Shown piece after piece: positions 11,639-23,707 of a stretch of 52,406 nucleotides of DNA. A program made the position numbers and the translations under genes. The stretch lies in the NCBI RefSeq assembly GCF_001194135.2, contig NC_069000.1:10284540-10336945 (forward strand), written 5' to 3'. A model generated the notes under the pieces. It saw nothing but the letters and a program-made list of their open reading frames with translations, had not been told where the DNA came from and made no database searches. This DNA is from Octopus bimaculoides (Eukaryota). Position 1 is the stretch's first letter; each line of letters starts with the position of its first letter.

Positions 11639-12361
11639 TTAAATATGTTCCAAACATTAGCTCAATATTCAACAAACTTATTTTACTAATCCCTCCAAAT
11701 TCTTGATTGTTTTCCAAATTAATTGAAATACACAGGAAGTGTACTTCATTAAGAAATATGGTCACTGGAAGGGCTGAACTCTGGAATAGATGACACATGC
11801 TTGAAAATTGTTAAGAAATTTGATAAATTCTATATAAACAGATTAAATAAAGCTACAGAACACTAAAACACATGGTTCTATGTTTAAATGAATTTGCTTG
11901 GCAGAAACAAAATAGCCATTTATATTTTGTTTCTTCTTAAACACAGACTTCCTTTAACTTTGGACAAGGAGAAATTTTGTTGAGAAGAATGAATAGTCAA
12001 TTGAATAAACCACTACAAATGTATCTGATATATATTTTATCCTAGAAGGAAACAAATTTCATATGTTTAGCAGTGAAATGGTATTTATTTAATCAGACGT
12101 ACCCTCAATTCTGCCAACGCACAACCCCTTCAGTTTGAAATATTATATGTGTATTTTAACTAGTATATGTTATCAAAAGCTATTATGATTACTGATGTGG
12201 GTGGAAGTAGGGAAGGTAGTGAACCTCATAAACCACTATGTGATTGGAGCACAATTATGTACAGAGCAAGTGAGCCAGGTGGGGGTCCATCTGTTGCAAT
12301 ACAACTGGGGGTATTGAACTCAGAGTTGCAGGCTAATAAAGCATCAGCTATACATTAGATT

Positions 12362-12675
12362 ATACTATATATCCCATAGTCTGGCTGACTGTTGGGGCAC
12401 CACCGATGACCTTCTGACCAGATCCTACCCACTGTCTTTGTCTTCTGCCTCTCGCACTGATTCTCATCTTTAGGCCTGTCCACTCACAGATGTTGTTTTC
12501 CCCACTTCTTTCTGTCTTCCACCTTTGACTGTTCCCTGAAGGATTGTTTTGGCCATCCCTGATTCTATACCCAAACCACCTGAGCTTGCATTTCTTTACT
12601 ATAATAAGAAGCTCCTCATAGGGCCCTGTTGCCTTATTCTTCTTTTCACTTCTTCATTTGTAACATGGGCCTAAT
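12362..12675 (-). mobile_element. RTE-clade LINE 3' fragment, frameshifted
   Basis: Minus strand reads HVTNEEVKRRI / GPYEELLIIVKKCKLRWFGY / SGMAKTILQGTVKGGR / NNICEWTGL, typical RTE post-RT motifs (HVTNEEV, KLRWFGH, KTILQG, NI.EWTG). Confidence 0.85.
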
Positions 12676-12941
12676 ATCGTTAACCTCCTGAGAAGGAGTT
12701 GAACTCAGAACATAAAGAGCCAGAATACACACAAAAAAAAAAAAAACACCACTACTTCAAGTGGAGTGATTGAGAAAAAGATAGGTTGGATGTAGTGCTG
12801 ATGAAAGAGCAATAACTCTTGAAATATGAATATACACTCATTACCTTTTCTTTTTTTTTTTCTATTTTCACTTGCATTGTTTACATAGACATACAAAATG
12901 TCATAAGTTACAGTGCTGGCTCTGAATTCTATAGAAAATGT

Positions 12942-12996
12942 GGAACTGAACCCGGAACCATGTGGTTGGTAAGCAAGCTACTTACCACACAGCCAC
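12942..12996 (-). mobile_element. SINE family A tRNA-like head
   Basis: ggaactgaacccggaaccatgtggttggtaagcaagctacttaccacacagccac, near-perfect reverse complement of the 49110 head. Confidence 0.85.
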
Positions 12997-13064
12997 AGCC
13001 CCAACCTTATAACATCTCAGTCTATTTTGAGAATATAACAAGAAACTGATGGCCAACACGAATA

Positions 13065-14028
13065 NNNNNNNNNNNNNNNNNNNNNNNNNNNNNNNNNNNN
13101 NNNNNNNNNNNNNNNNNNNNNNNNNNNNNNNNNNNNNNNNNNNNNNNNNNNNNNNNNNNNNNNNNNNNNNNNNNNNNNNNNNNNNNNNNNNNNNNNNNNN
13201 NNNNNNNNNNNNNNNNNNNNNNNNNNNNNNNNNNNNNNNNNNNNNNNNNNNNNNNNNNNNNNNNNNNNNNNNNNNNNNNNNNNNNNNNNNNNNNNNNNNN
13301 NNNNNNNNNNNNNNNNNNNNNNNNNNNNNNNNNNNNNNNNNNNNNNNNNNNNNNNNNNNNNNNNNNNNNNNNNNNNNNNNNNNNNNNNNNNNNNNNNNNN
13401 NNNNNNNNNNNNNNNNNNNNNNNNNNNNNNNNNNNNNNNNNNNNNNNNNNNNNNNNNNNNNNNNNNNNNNNNNNNNNNNNNNNNNNNNNNNNNNNNNNNN
13501 NNNNNNNNNNNNNNNNNNNNNNNNNNNNNNNNNNNNNNNNNNNNNNNNNNNNNNNNNNNNNNNNNNNNNNNNNNNNNNNNNNNNNNNNNNNNNNNNNNNN
13601 NNNNNNNNNNNNNNNNNNNNNNNNNNNNNNNNNNNNNNNNNNNNNNNNNNNNNNNNNNNNNNNNNNNNNNNNNNNNNNNNNNNNNNNNNNNNNNNNNNNN
13701 NNNNNNNNNNNNNNNNNNNNNNNNNNNNNNNNNNNNNNNNNNNNNNNNNNNNNNNNNNNNNNNNNNNNNNNNNNNNNNNNNNNNNNNNNNNNNNNNNNNN
13801 NNNNNNNNNNNNNNNNNNNNNNNNNNNNNNNNNNNNNNNNNNNNNNNNNNNNNNNNNNNNNNNNNNNNNNNNNNNNNNNNNNNNNNNNNNNNNNNNNNNN
13901 NNNNNNNNNNNNNNNNNNNNNNNNNNNNNNNNNNNNNNNNNNNNNNNNNNNNNNNNNNNNNNNNNNNNNNNNNNNNNNNNNNNNNNNNNNNNNNNNNNNN
14001 NNNNNNNNNNNNNNNNNNNNNNNNNNNN
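13065..14028. other. Assembly gap
   Basis: N run followed by (TG)/(CA/TA) repeats. Confidence 1.
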
Positions 14029-14088
14029 GGGGGTATGTGTGTGTGTGTACATGTTTGGTTGTATGGATGTTATGTCAAAAAATTTCTC

Positions 14089-14268
14089 TATACACACACA
14101 CATATATATACATACACACATACATATACATACACACACATACATATATATACATACACACACATACATATATGTACACATACACACATACATATATATA
14201 CATATATATACACATACATATATGTACACATACATACATATATACATACATACATACATACATACATA
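14089..14268. repeat. Compound (TA/CA/TACA)n microsatellite
   Basis: Direct inspection. Confidence 0.95.
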
Positions 14269-14744
14269 GCACTGTGAATAAGAAAACAATATAAGAAAGT
14301 GAGAAAAATTGAATTTGAGAAAATATTTGTCTAGGGGAGAGGGGGAGGGTGACAGTGGGTGTATATGCACTTATAGAAGTGTGTCTGTGTGTCACTGCAC
14401 GAGAAAGAAAAGAAAATGAGAGTTAGTTCAGTATGTGTGAGAGAGAGAGGGTATTGGGAACAAGAGAAGAAATCCGTATTAGAAATAAAGAATATACCTT
14501 ATGAAAGAGAGAGGAAGGGAGGTAGAGAGAGAGAGTGAGTGAGAGAGAGAGAGGGGGGGCAGGGAGGAGACTGGAGGGATAGCAAGTGAATGAATGAATT
14601 TGGTTGGCTGTATGTGTCTAGAGTGAAGAGTATGAATGAATTGTGTGTATTGTGATTTTTAGAACGAGTGCACTGTATCCTTGTGTACCTTAAGGGGTGA
14701 CTAAAAGGGTCAACAGCATGAACAGAAACACTACCTCAGAATGT

Positions 14745-14786
14745 CCCGTCCAACCCATGCCAGCATGGAAAAGCAAATGTAAAAAC

Positions 14787-14817
<31 letters not shown>

Positions 14818-14985
14818 CGATCTTCACAGGAAGCATGTAGTTAAAGACAATAGGAAGGACATCCAACTGCAGAAAAACTTTCCGCAATAAACTCTGTCCA
14901 ACTCATGCAAGGATGGAAAACATGGACATTAAAGCAACAACAACAACAACGATGATAATGATGATGATGATGATGATGATGATAC
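14745..14985 (+). mobile_element. Two tandem family C tails ending in (GAT)n
   Basis: gtccaacccatgccagcatggaaaagc+(GAT)n, then ggaaggacatccaactgcagaaaa...tccaactcatgcaaggatggaaaa+(CAA)(GAT)n. Confidence 0.7.
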
Positions 14986-15234
14986 CCTAAAGAGGTTCAA
15001 GCTAAACATCAGTTACATTAATCCCACTAGTCTGGGACAGCTTCCAAAGATTCTGAATTTCCTTTCCCTAACTAACAAGAATTAGATCCACTGCTGAAGT
15101 AAGGTAGACATACTATCCTCACCTGTTTGATAAGCACATTGCATACTTTGGCATTTCATCATGTATTGGCACAGAGTATATTTTGGCCATGTTGCATTTT
15201 TCTCCAAAGTCCAATTCATTCCGGTGTGCCCACT

Positions 15235-15450
15235 GGTGTTTAGCCCCAGGTCAGCCCTCAATGAGTAGCTCTATGATCAAAATCCTTTCTACCATGACCA
15301 TCTTGCCATTTTTAGGCCTATCTAAGCCTACAGTACCCAATGTAATCCTTTCTTACTTTAAAATGGTAAGAGTTATCCGAGGGAGACTTGGCTGCTATTT
15401 CTGGAGGGTCAACCACATTAGATGCTTCCTGCATGCTCAGTTGGTGGCAG
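15235..15450. mobile_element. Dispersed repeat family J
   Basis: Core gagggagacttggctgctatttct recurs at ~32130, ~35690, ~41480 and ~52000; its other end recurs at 18505-18600 (reverse) and 46195. Confidence 0.65.
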
Positions 15451-15805
15451 AATATATAGGCAACAAAATAAGGTGGGCTCAGGTCTTAGAGTTCAACAGG
15501 TGCTGTGTCTCTCCACTTATTTATAGAGAGCATGTGTGTCCGTGTGTGTGTGTGTGCACATGCATAAGCATGCAAGTAAGAGAATGTAATAGTATGTGTG
15601 TATGTGTGTGTGTGTGTGATATAAACAGGAAGATAGGCAGACAAGTGCGATGATGATGATGATGATGATACTGGCAATGATAAAGATGAATCCTGACATG
15701 ATGTTAAATGACGGTGACTATCATTTAGTGATAACTATACTTTTCACTTGATGTAGTTGTCATAGTGGAGAAAGAAAGAGAGAGAGAGGGGGGAGAGAGA
15801 GGGAG

Positions 15806-15922
15806 NNNNNNNNNNNNNNNNNNNNNNNNNNNNNNNNNNNNNNNNNNNNNNNNNNNNNNNNNNNNNNNNNNNNNNNNNNNNNNNNNNNNNNNNNNNNNNN
15901 NNNNNNNNNNNNNNNNNNNNNN
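15806..15922. other. Assembly gap
   Basis: N run inside a GA-rich tract. Confidence 1.
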
Positions 15923-17541
15923 GGGGGGAGAGAGAGAAACAAAGGAAGAGGAAAAAAAAAAAGAGAGCAATGATTAAAGCTCAAATTACTGATTCAATGG
16001 GATGTATTTTTAAATGCTACTTCCCCCTGTCAAGACGACTTACATAAATGGGAAGTAATAAAAAAACAAAAAAAACACACACAGATATGGCTTAAAATTC
16101 TGGTTACCAGAATTACTTTCTATGCTGTCCACCAGCTGACATATATAGAAAGACAGACAGACAGACGGTACATCTACAACACGTATTTGCAGAGGCTCAA
16201 AACACGCACACACACACACCTACATATTAATTCATACAACACATTCAGGCACATCACTGCAATACACACAGAAACCTACATAACACATAAAGGCACATAC
16301 ACACACACACACACACGCAAAGGTACACATGCACATGTGTGCACACATACACATAGGTGCATATGTATGCGCACACTCCCTAATGCAAAACAGATGTATA
16401 TACACCTACTGCACCTACATACAGATATACACACATGCACACATACTGCAACATACAAAGGCACCCTACCACAAGGTGGTGCTCCAGCATGGCTGTAGTC
16501 AGATGACTGAACCAAATAAACAAATAAGCAAATGATGTTTACTCACAGAACACACACATGTACACAGGCATGGAGACAGACTTCTGACACGGTTCCAATA
16601 TATCTTCTGAGTTTTCAGCATATTTACATAGGCTCACAAACCAATAAGGTTTCTGACCCAACGAGCTTCGCCATGAAGTGACCAATGTAATCACAGCTGA
16701 CACCAAGACTCCACCTGGTTCCCTGCTTACATAAAACACTGTCTTTGACACAGACACACCACCAGGCACTAATTAGTTAATTAATGAACAGGAGCATGAC
16801 TGACTTAATTCTTTGCATTTCCCTGCAGGATGGTATCGAAGTGTAATCAAAACATTAAAAACAAAAACCCCAGTGAACATCGGTTGGTGGGCAGTTATTA
16901 AAAACAGCAACAATAAAGATAACAACGACGAATGTACTGACCTTTAAAGCAGCTAAAACTAATTCCTCAACATTTGTTTTATTAGAATGCTATATAAAGG
17001 GTAAAGGCAGAGGGAGCGGAGGGGTGAAATACCCAGGGACATGCTCTGCATGAAAACGCAAATGTAAGGTCTGTGTTAACCATACTTAATGTTGTATAAG
17101 CAAAGCAATTTTTTAATTAATTGTAATTACACTTATGAGGAGGAGAAATAATCGTTACCCTTTAACGACTGGATTATTTGATTATTTATTTTAGGGGGCA
17201 TACATGCAATTTGAAACATCTAGACTACTCCCCCCCCCCCACCTGCCTCATAACTTAGAAGTGCAGTACAGCTCAGGATGTATATCTACAAAATTGAGCA
17301 GCTTCAGTGATGGTGATGATGATGTTGAAGATGATGATGATGGTTGTCGTCATCATCATTGTTATTGTTATTATGCTGTGGATAGTCAAAGGCTCACATT
17401 GTGGTATAAATTGCTTTACTGTAGAGAGAGAGAGAGAGTTGACATTTTGAAAGGGACTTGACAAAGGGCTCTGTCGAAATATCAAATCTCTCCCTCTAGT
17501 GATAAAATAATATATCACTTCATTTTGCCAACTCAGAATAT

Positions 17542-17544
<3 letters not shown>

Positions 17545-17604
<60 letters not shown>

Positions 17605-17970
17605 ATCCTTTCTACTATAAGCACAAGGCCTGGAATTTGGGGGAAGAGACTAGTCGATTACATCAACCCCAGTGTTTCACCGGTACTTAATTTATCGACC
17701 CTGAAAGGATGAATTTGAACTCAGAATGTAAAGACAGATGAAATATCACTAAGTATTTTGCCCAGCATGGTAAAGATACAACAACAACAATAATGATAAT
17801 AATCCTTTCTGCTGTAGGCACAAGGCCTGATATTTTGAGGGGAGGGAACTAGTTGATTACATCGACCCCAATGTTTCACTTGTACTTAATTTATCGACCC
17901 CCGAAAGGACAAAAGGCAAAGTTGACCTCAGTGGAATTTGAACTTAGAATGTAACAACAGGCGAAATACT
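17545..17970 (-). mobile_element. Two tandem SINE family B copies (17603-17775, 17801-17970) with (TAG)n and (AAC/AAT)n tails
   Basis: Each begins aatcctttct...gcacaaggcctg and contains gtacttaatttatcgaccc...gaatttgaact.aga. Confidence 0.85.
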
Positions 17971-17974
17971 TTAA

Positions 17975-18053
17975 TTCAGAACTTTTGGAAACAAAACATT
18001 TGTACTACAGAGCCAGAGGTGGTTTCAGCTGGGTTGGTATCGAAAGGGTCAAA
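17975..18053. mobile_element. Right end of a second TTAA-type MITE
   Basis: Ends gggttggtatcgaaagggtcaa, complementary in style to the left ends at 9201 and 11374 (ccctttcg). Confidence 0.45.
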
Positions 18054-19188
18054 ATAGTACATCACTGGAAAGTATATATTACACACTTGTCACTTCTACT
18101 AGCTTGAGAGTTGATGACTATTATTAGTTTTATGTTTACATAAACATATAAACAATCATAAACATCAACAATCATAAAGAAATTAGCAATCAAGTTGGGA
18201 ATGCAATCAAAGATATGATGTAGAGAATTAATTATTCTGTTACTATATAATCACATCAGTAAAGCTTTAATAAATGATAAATTGTTCATGCAATTATGAA
18301 CAATTCCAGTAGACACAACCATACACATCCACACACATGCATAAACACAAAAACATACACACACACAAGAACACACACATACAAAAATGCACAGATGCAT
18401 TGGTCAGCCTGGAGGTTGTAGCAGAAGATATTTGCAAAGCAAGCTGCTTCACCATGCAGCCATACCTGTATCTATATTTCTAAGAAGGAGAAAAAAAAAA
18501 AAAAACTGAATGTTCATGACAGGAATTCCTTTGATTGTAGAGGCCTGCTCAATCAAAGTTGACCCAGGGTTAAAAAAACTTCAACAACAACAACAACAAC
18601 CAAATCACTACAGCCAATGATGGTAATCGATAAATGAATTTTAAAACAACAAAAAAAAACAAAGCATAAAAGGGGAAACAAATTATGTAAGTATAGGAAA
18701 ATATTTATCATTCAAGATAAGCCAGAGCAAAAGAACAAGAAATCTAGTAGTTGCCGTGATACCTTATCAGTTGTGGCAAGGGGCCAGAGCTGCCCTTTAA
18801 CTGGTTTGTTATTTATAAAACAGGCCACTGGCCTTACTTTGTTCCCTTCCCTTTATGTTTCTTTCTTCCTCTATCTCCTCACCAACCTCTCGTTTTCTCC
18901 GTCTTGCACACATGATGTGCATGTACTTGTGTATGAATGGGTAAATATCTCATCAAATGCAATGCATATGCTCAGTCTGTTTGTCTGTCTCAATATTTCT
19001 TCCTCTCAATGGAAAGTATTTTGATAAAGTACTGATATACCAACCCAAAGACTCTTGACCTGATGAAGCAGAAATTATATCAATCATACAGTCAATTCCT
19101 TTAAGATATCTATGCAACACTGAGCCTCTTTTTGGACCCCATTATATAAAAACCTTATGCTGTTGGGTAAATATGTCTGGTGTTTTAA

Positions 19189-19393
19189 CCCTTTAGCATT
19201 TAAGCTGGCCAAGTCTGGCCCAAATATTCTACCTGTGTTATGTTCAAACTGGTCAGATCTAGACTGTCATACCTACCCTACAATGTAATTCTAAAAATAT
19301 GGAATCACATTACTGAAATCTCAAAGCTACAAGATAATACGTGATTAATTCTAAACAATGTGAATTTGATAAAGTAACCTGAATGCTCAAGGG
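19189..19393. mobile_element. Full-length piggyBac-like MITE (205 bp)
   Basis: TTAA at 19185-19188 and 19394-19397; TIRs ccctttagcatt / aatgctcaaggg (11 of 12 complementary). Confidence 0.88.
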
Positions 19394-20183
19394 TTAAAGA
19401 CATAAAAACCAAAAAATATTAAACTAGACGGCCAGTCAATGAAATGTCACCCCATACACCAACAGGTCTTAATGGATGTCCACTCTGCCAAGCAGAGAAA
19501 TTATACATCCTGAGAATGGATTATATATATAGTCAGAATTGGTTTCAGTGCCAAGACAAAGATCAGAGCCTCTTGAAGCAATTCCAGCGGTGGTCAAGCT
19601 AAAACCATATAAAACCAACAGACGAAAACGACGTTTTACAAGAAAAATTACTGCATCAACATTTCACAGAAATGTTTTCATAAAACCTGTTACAAATTAA
19701 ATGTAATAAAATCATCATTTACATTTGCCAACATATCTTTTATTAATTTCATTTTTTTAATATTTTATTCTAATTTATTTTCATCATTTTTTTTTGTAAA
19801 ATCTATATCATATTACATATATTTTTTTGATTTTATTTACATTTTATGTGTACCGTTTAGTCAATACATGTATCTCTCTTATTACTGACTATATGTAACA
19901 TATACATATATACATGCATTATAGATACTGTGCACATTATTATATAAATATTTTTAAAATATTTTTATCTTTATACATCACATATTTCAACTGCAATTTT
20001 TTTCGCTATTGTTTCATTAGCTTTTTTTTGTTCATTAAATACATATAGATATACGTGTATACATACACAAGTATAATAGACAGGAAGCTGGTTAAAAACA
20101 TACATATACACACAAATTGACAAATAAATACAAAGACAAAAGTATGTGCAAATGTGTCTACATATGCGTGCATATATGACTAT

Positions 20184-21174
20184 NNNNNNNNNNNNNNNNN
20201 NNNNNNNNNNNNNNNNNNNNNNNNNNNNNNNNNNNNNNNNNNNNNNNNNNNNNNNNNNNNNNNNNNNNNNNNNNNNNNNNNNNNNNNNNNNNNNNNNNNN
20301 NNNNNNNNNNNNNNNNNNNNNNNNNNNNNNNNNNNNNNNNNNNNNNNNNNNNNNNNNNNNNNNNNNNNNNNNNNNNNNNNNNNNNNNNNNNNNNNNNNNN
20401 NNNNNNNNNNNNNNNNNNNNNNNNNNNNNNNNNNNNNNNNNNNNNNNNNNNNNNNNNNNNNNNNNNNNNNNNNNNNNNNNNNNNNNNNNNNNNNNNNNNN
20501 NNNNNNNNNNNNNNNNNNNNNNNNNNNNNNNNNNNNNNNNNNNNNNNNNNNNNNNNNNNNNNNNNNNNNNNNNNNNNNNNNNNNNNNNNNNNNNNNNNNN
20601 NNNNNNNNNNNNNNNNNNNNNNNNNNNNNNNNNNNNNNNNNNNNNNNNNNNNNNNNNNNNNNNNNNNNNNNNNNNNNNNNNNNNNNNNNNNNNNNNNNNN
20701 NNNNNNNNNNNNNNNNNNNNNNNNNNNNNNNNNNNNNNNNNNNNNNNNNNNNNNNNNNNNNNNNNNNNNNNNNNNNNNNNNNNNNNNNNNNNNNNNNNNN
20801 NNNNNNNNNNNNNNNNNNNNNNNNNNNNNNNNNNNNNNNNNNNNNNNNNNNNNNNNNNNNNNNNNNNNNNNNNNNNNNNNNNNNNNNNNNNNNNNNNNNN
20901 NNNNNNNNNNNNNNNNNNNNNNNNNNNNNNNNNNNNNNNNNNNNNNNNNNNNNNNNNNNNNNNNNNNNNNNNNNNNNNNNNNNNNNNNNNNNNNNNNNNN
21001 NNNNNNNNNNNNNNNNNNNNNNNNNNNNNNNNNNNNNNNNNNNNNNNNNNNNNNNNNNNNNNNNNNNNNNNNNNNNNNNNNNNNNNNNNNNNNNNNNNNN
21101 NNNNNNNNNNNNNNNNNNNNNNNNNNNNNNNNNNNNNNNNNNNNNNNNNNNNNNNNNNNNNNNNNNNNNNNNNN
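20184..21174. other. Assembly gap
   Basis: N run followed by (TA)n. Confidence 1.
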
Positions 21175-21211
<37 letters not shown>

Positions 21212-21651
21212 CACACTCACACAAATTCATACTTAGATGTAGATAAAGATATGTGTGTCTGTGTGGACAAGCAGATAGATTGACGAAATTTGTTTGAATT
21301 GCAGGAGGCAGAGCGCAAGAAACAAATAATCGTTATTATCAATGTTTGTCTGTCTCAGATACGTATATTTGTCAATAGCATACACTATATATTCACTTGA
21401 GTGAATATATTTGTGCACTTGCATATATGCGTGCACTTACAAAGTATGTACATGTACGTACACACCCACACAGTTTTTGCTTTAACTCTCTTATGCGTAA
21501 TTTTTTTCCGATTTCTTTTAATGTTTTCCTTCAATAACTTCCCTCCCCCACCCCCCATACCATTTTGCTATAAGTGTGACTAAACAGAAATCAATTACAT
21601 GATTAGCAACATTACTTAGACTCTGAGCAGTAAGTTATATATATATATATA

Positions 21652-22007
21652 CAGCGGTTTGTCAAACTAATGGAAATACTTAGCAACATAGGATCATAAT
21701 TTTGAAATATCTATAAAACCGCCAAAAGCTTGTTTATTTTTATGTTTTTTGATTTATTATTAGTGTTGTTTAATATATTTTGATAAAATTGCAGAAAAAA
21801 GGTAATTAAAATTCATTAAAATGACAGATCTAGCAGACTTTCAAAGAGGTCAAATCGTTGGTGCTCATATGGCAGGCGCTAGCATAACAACAACAGCCAA
21901 CATGTTTGGTGTATCAAGAAGTACTGTCTCAAAAGTAATGGCAGTCATTGAGAACAAGGGAAAAACCTCCTGGTCGAAACAAAATTCCAGAGAAAAACCA
22001 AAACTTT

Positions 22008-22009
<2 letters not shown>
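21652..22009 (+). mobile_element. Truncated Tc1/mariner element: left TIR plus transposase N-terminal HTH
   Basis: TA then CAGCGGTTTGTCAAACTAATGGAAATAC end; ORF 21821-22009 MTDLADFQRGQIVGAHMAGASITTTANMFGVSRSTVSKV...QNSREKPKL matches the Tc1 paired-like HTH (FQRGQIVG, GVSRSTVSKV). Confidence 0.9.
21821..22009 (+). pseudogene. Tc1-family transposase N-terminal fragment (62 aa, no DDE domain)
   Basis: Motifs as above; ends at a stop codon running into (GA)n. Confidence 0.85.
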
Positions 22010-22039
<30 letters not shown>

Positions 22040-22565
22040 AACAGACATGGTTAGATAGATTCCTTAGAATTATAATTTCCATTAAAAAAAAGGTTAAAAA
22101 GAAGAAAATCCACATGCTTAACAGTACCAGTTGTAAGAAAATGTATTTTATATTTTAGAGAAATTTTTCTGATTTGATTTGTCTTGTGAAGTGTTATCTC
22201 TTAGACTGTAGACATGGATTGCAGAGAAATCCAATAGTAACACAACACTATCATATTATCTCAAAGAGTAATGGAACATATTACAAACACTTATTTAAAT
22301 AGGTCATTCTTTATTTTGAAGGAAGTATGTTAAAAGGTTTTTCCCAACCTCTTCTAGCAGTTTTTATTTAGCTTTTTTTTTAAAGATATTCTCTATTTTA
22401 TAATACATTGCTATATAGCTGGTATTAGATGTTACAAGCACCAGATTGAGACAAATGAAAGATACAGGGTTTAAGCTTTGATACGGGGTTTGTGACATAT
22501 ACAAGGAGGGGGTGCTCTAAGGTTATTGTGAAAGGCTTGGTTGAAGGCCCAACCTTCTGAGTTCA

Positions 22566-22720
22566 CTCTTTACTCTTTTACTTGTTTCAGTCATTTGACT
22601 GCGGCCATGCTGGAGCACCACCTTTAGTCGAGCAAATCGACCCCAGGACTTATTCTTTGTAAGCCCTAGTACTTATTCTATCGGTCTCTTTTGTCGAACT
22701 GCTAAGTTACAGGGACACAC
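22566..22720 (-). mobile_element. SINE family A 3' half
   Basis: ctctttactcttttacttgtttcagtcatttgactgcggccatgctggagcaccacc..., well-conserved reverse complement of the 49110 tail. Confidence 0.9.
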
Positions 22721-23406
22721 CAGAGGTAGTAACCATAGTGATAAGGTTGTAGTAGAATGGTGGCAACAAAATAAGAAAAAGAAGAAAAGAAAATAATTAA
22801 AAGAAAATCCAGGTGTAAAATAAAGCATCTCTTACCTTCACGTAGTTGCTGACTTATTTACCATACTTTGCTGGATTATTATCTTTTTAAGTCTACCAAA
22901 GGCAAAAAATTTCTCAGACTTATAGTTTAACTCCAAGGTAGATATTATTATAAGCCATATTTCTCTGTAAATATATAAGAAAAAAAGTGTGATTAGATTT
23001 CGGATACATCATAATTATACTACAATTTATAATAACAGCACAAACAGATTTTTAAAAATTACAACCACCTGTCACTTGCAAGCAAGTATTGTTTGGAAAA
23101 ATGAATTTTGGTTTTGCTAACAGTTTTAGGTGTTTGTGTAGTCTTAACAGACACAGGCATCCTCTCAGCCATTTCATCCATCATCCGACTGATGTGACCA
23201 TTGGTGAGAGGGATGGCTACATCAGCATCTGAGAAATAGACTAACAGCAGCTGGATAGATAGCAACATGAAATGATGTACCTTGTTCAAAGACACACCGG
23301 CTCTCGTCCAGTCCAGAAACTGAACCTACAACTCTATGGTCACAAGCCAAATTCCTGAACACCAACATCAACTTCCATCACCACAAAATGATTTACAGCA
23401 GAAATG

Positions 23407-23466
<60 letters not shown>
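23407..23466. repeat. Poly(A) 60-mer
   Basis: Direct count. Confidence 0.95.
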
Positions 23467-23468
<2 letters not shown>

Positions 23469-23482
23469 AGTTCCAGGAAGCA

Positions 23483-23707
23483 GAGAGTTGGCAGAATTGT
23501 TAGCACGCCGGGCAAAATGCTTAGCGGTATTTCGTCTGCCATTATGTTCTGAGTTCAAATTCCACCAAGGTTGACTTTGCCTTTCATCCTTTTGGGGTCG
23601 ATAAATTAAGTACCAGTTACGCACTGGGGTCGATGTAATCGACTTAATCCTTTGTCTGCCCTTGTTTGTCCCCTCTGTGTTTAGCCCCTTGTGGGCAATA
23701 AATAAAT
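23483..23707 (+). mobile_element. tRNA-derived SINE family B, full length with 18-bp TSD
   Basis: B-box-like gagttcaaattcc; TSD aagaagttccaggaagca (23465-23482) and aagaagttctaggaagca (23708-23725). Confidence 0.92.

Noticed and set aside
12982-14370. Long ORFs of 350-460 aa here and at 19971-21246, 26903-27541, 43607-44354 and 44958-45524
   Set aside because: They run through N gaps (X residues) and microsatellites; artefacts
23407-23466. Poly(A)60 as the tail of a processed pseudogene
   Set aside because: The upstream sequence is a duplicated antisense SINE remnant with no ORF, and homology to the second unit continues past the A run
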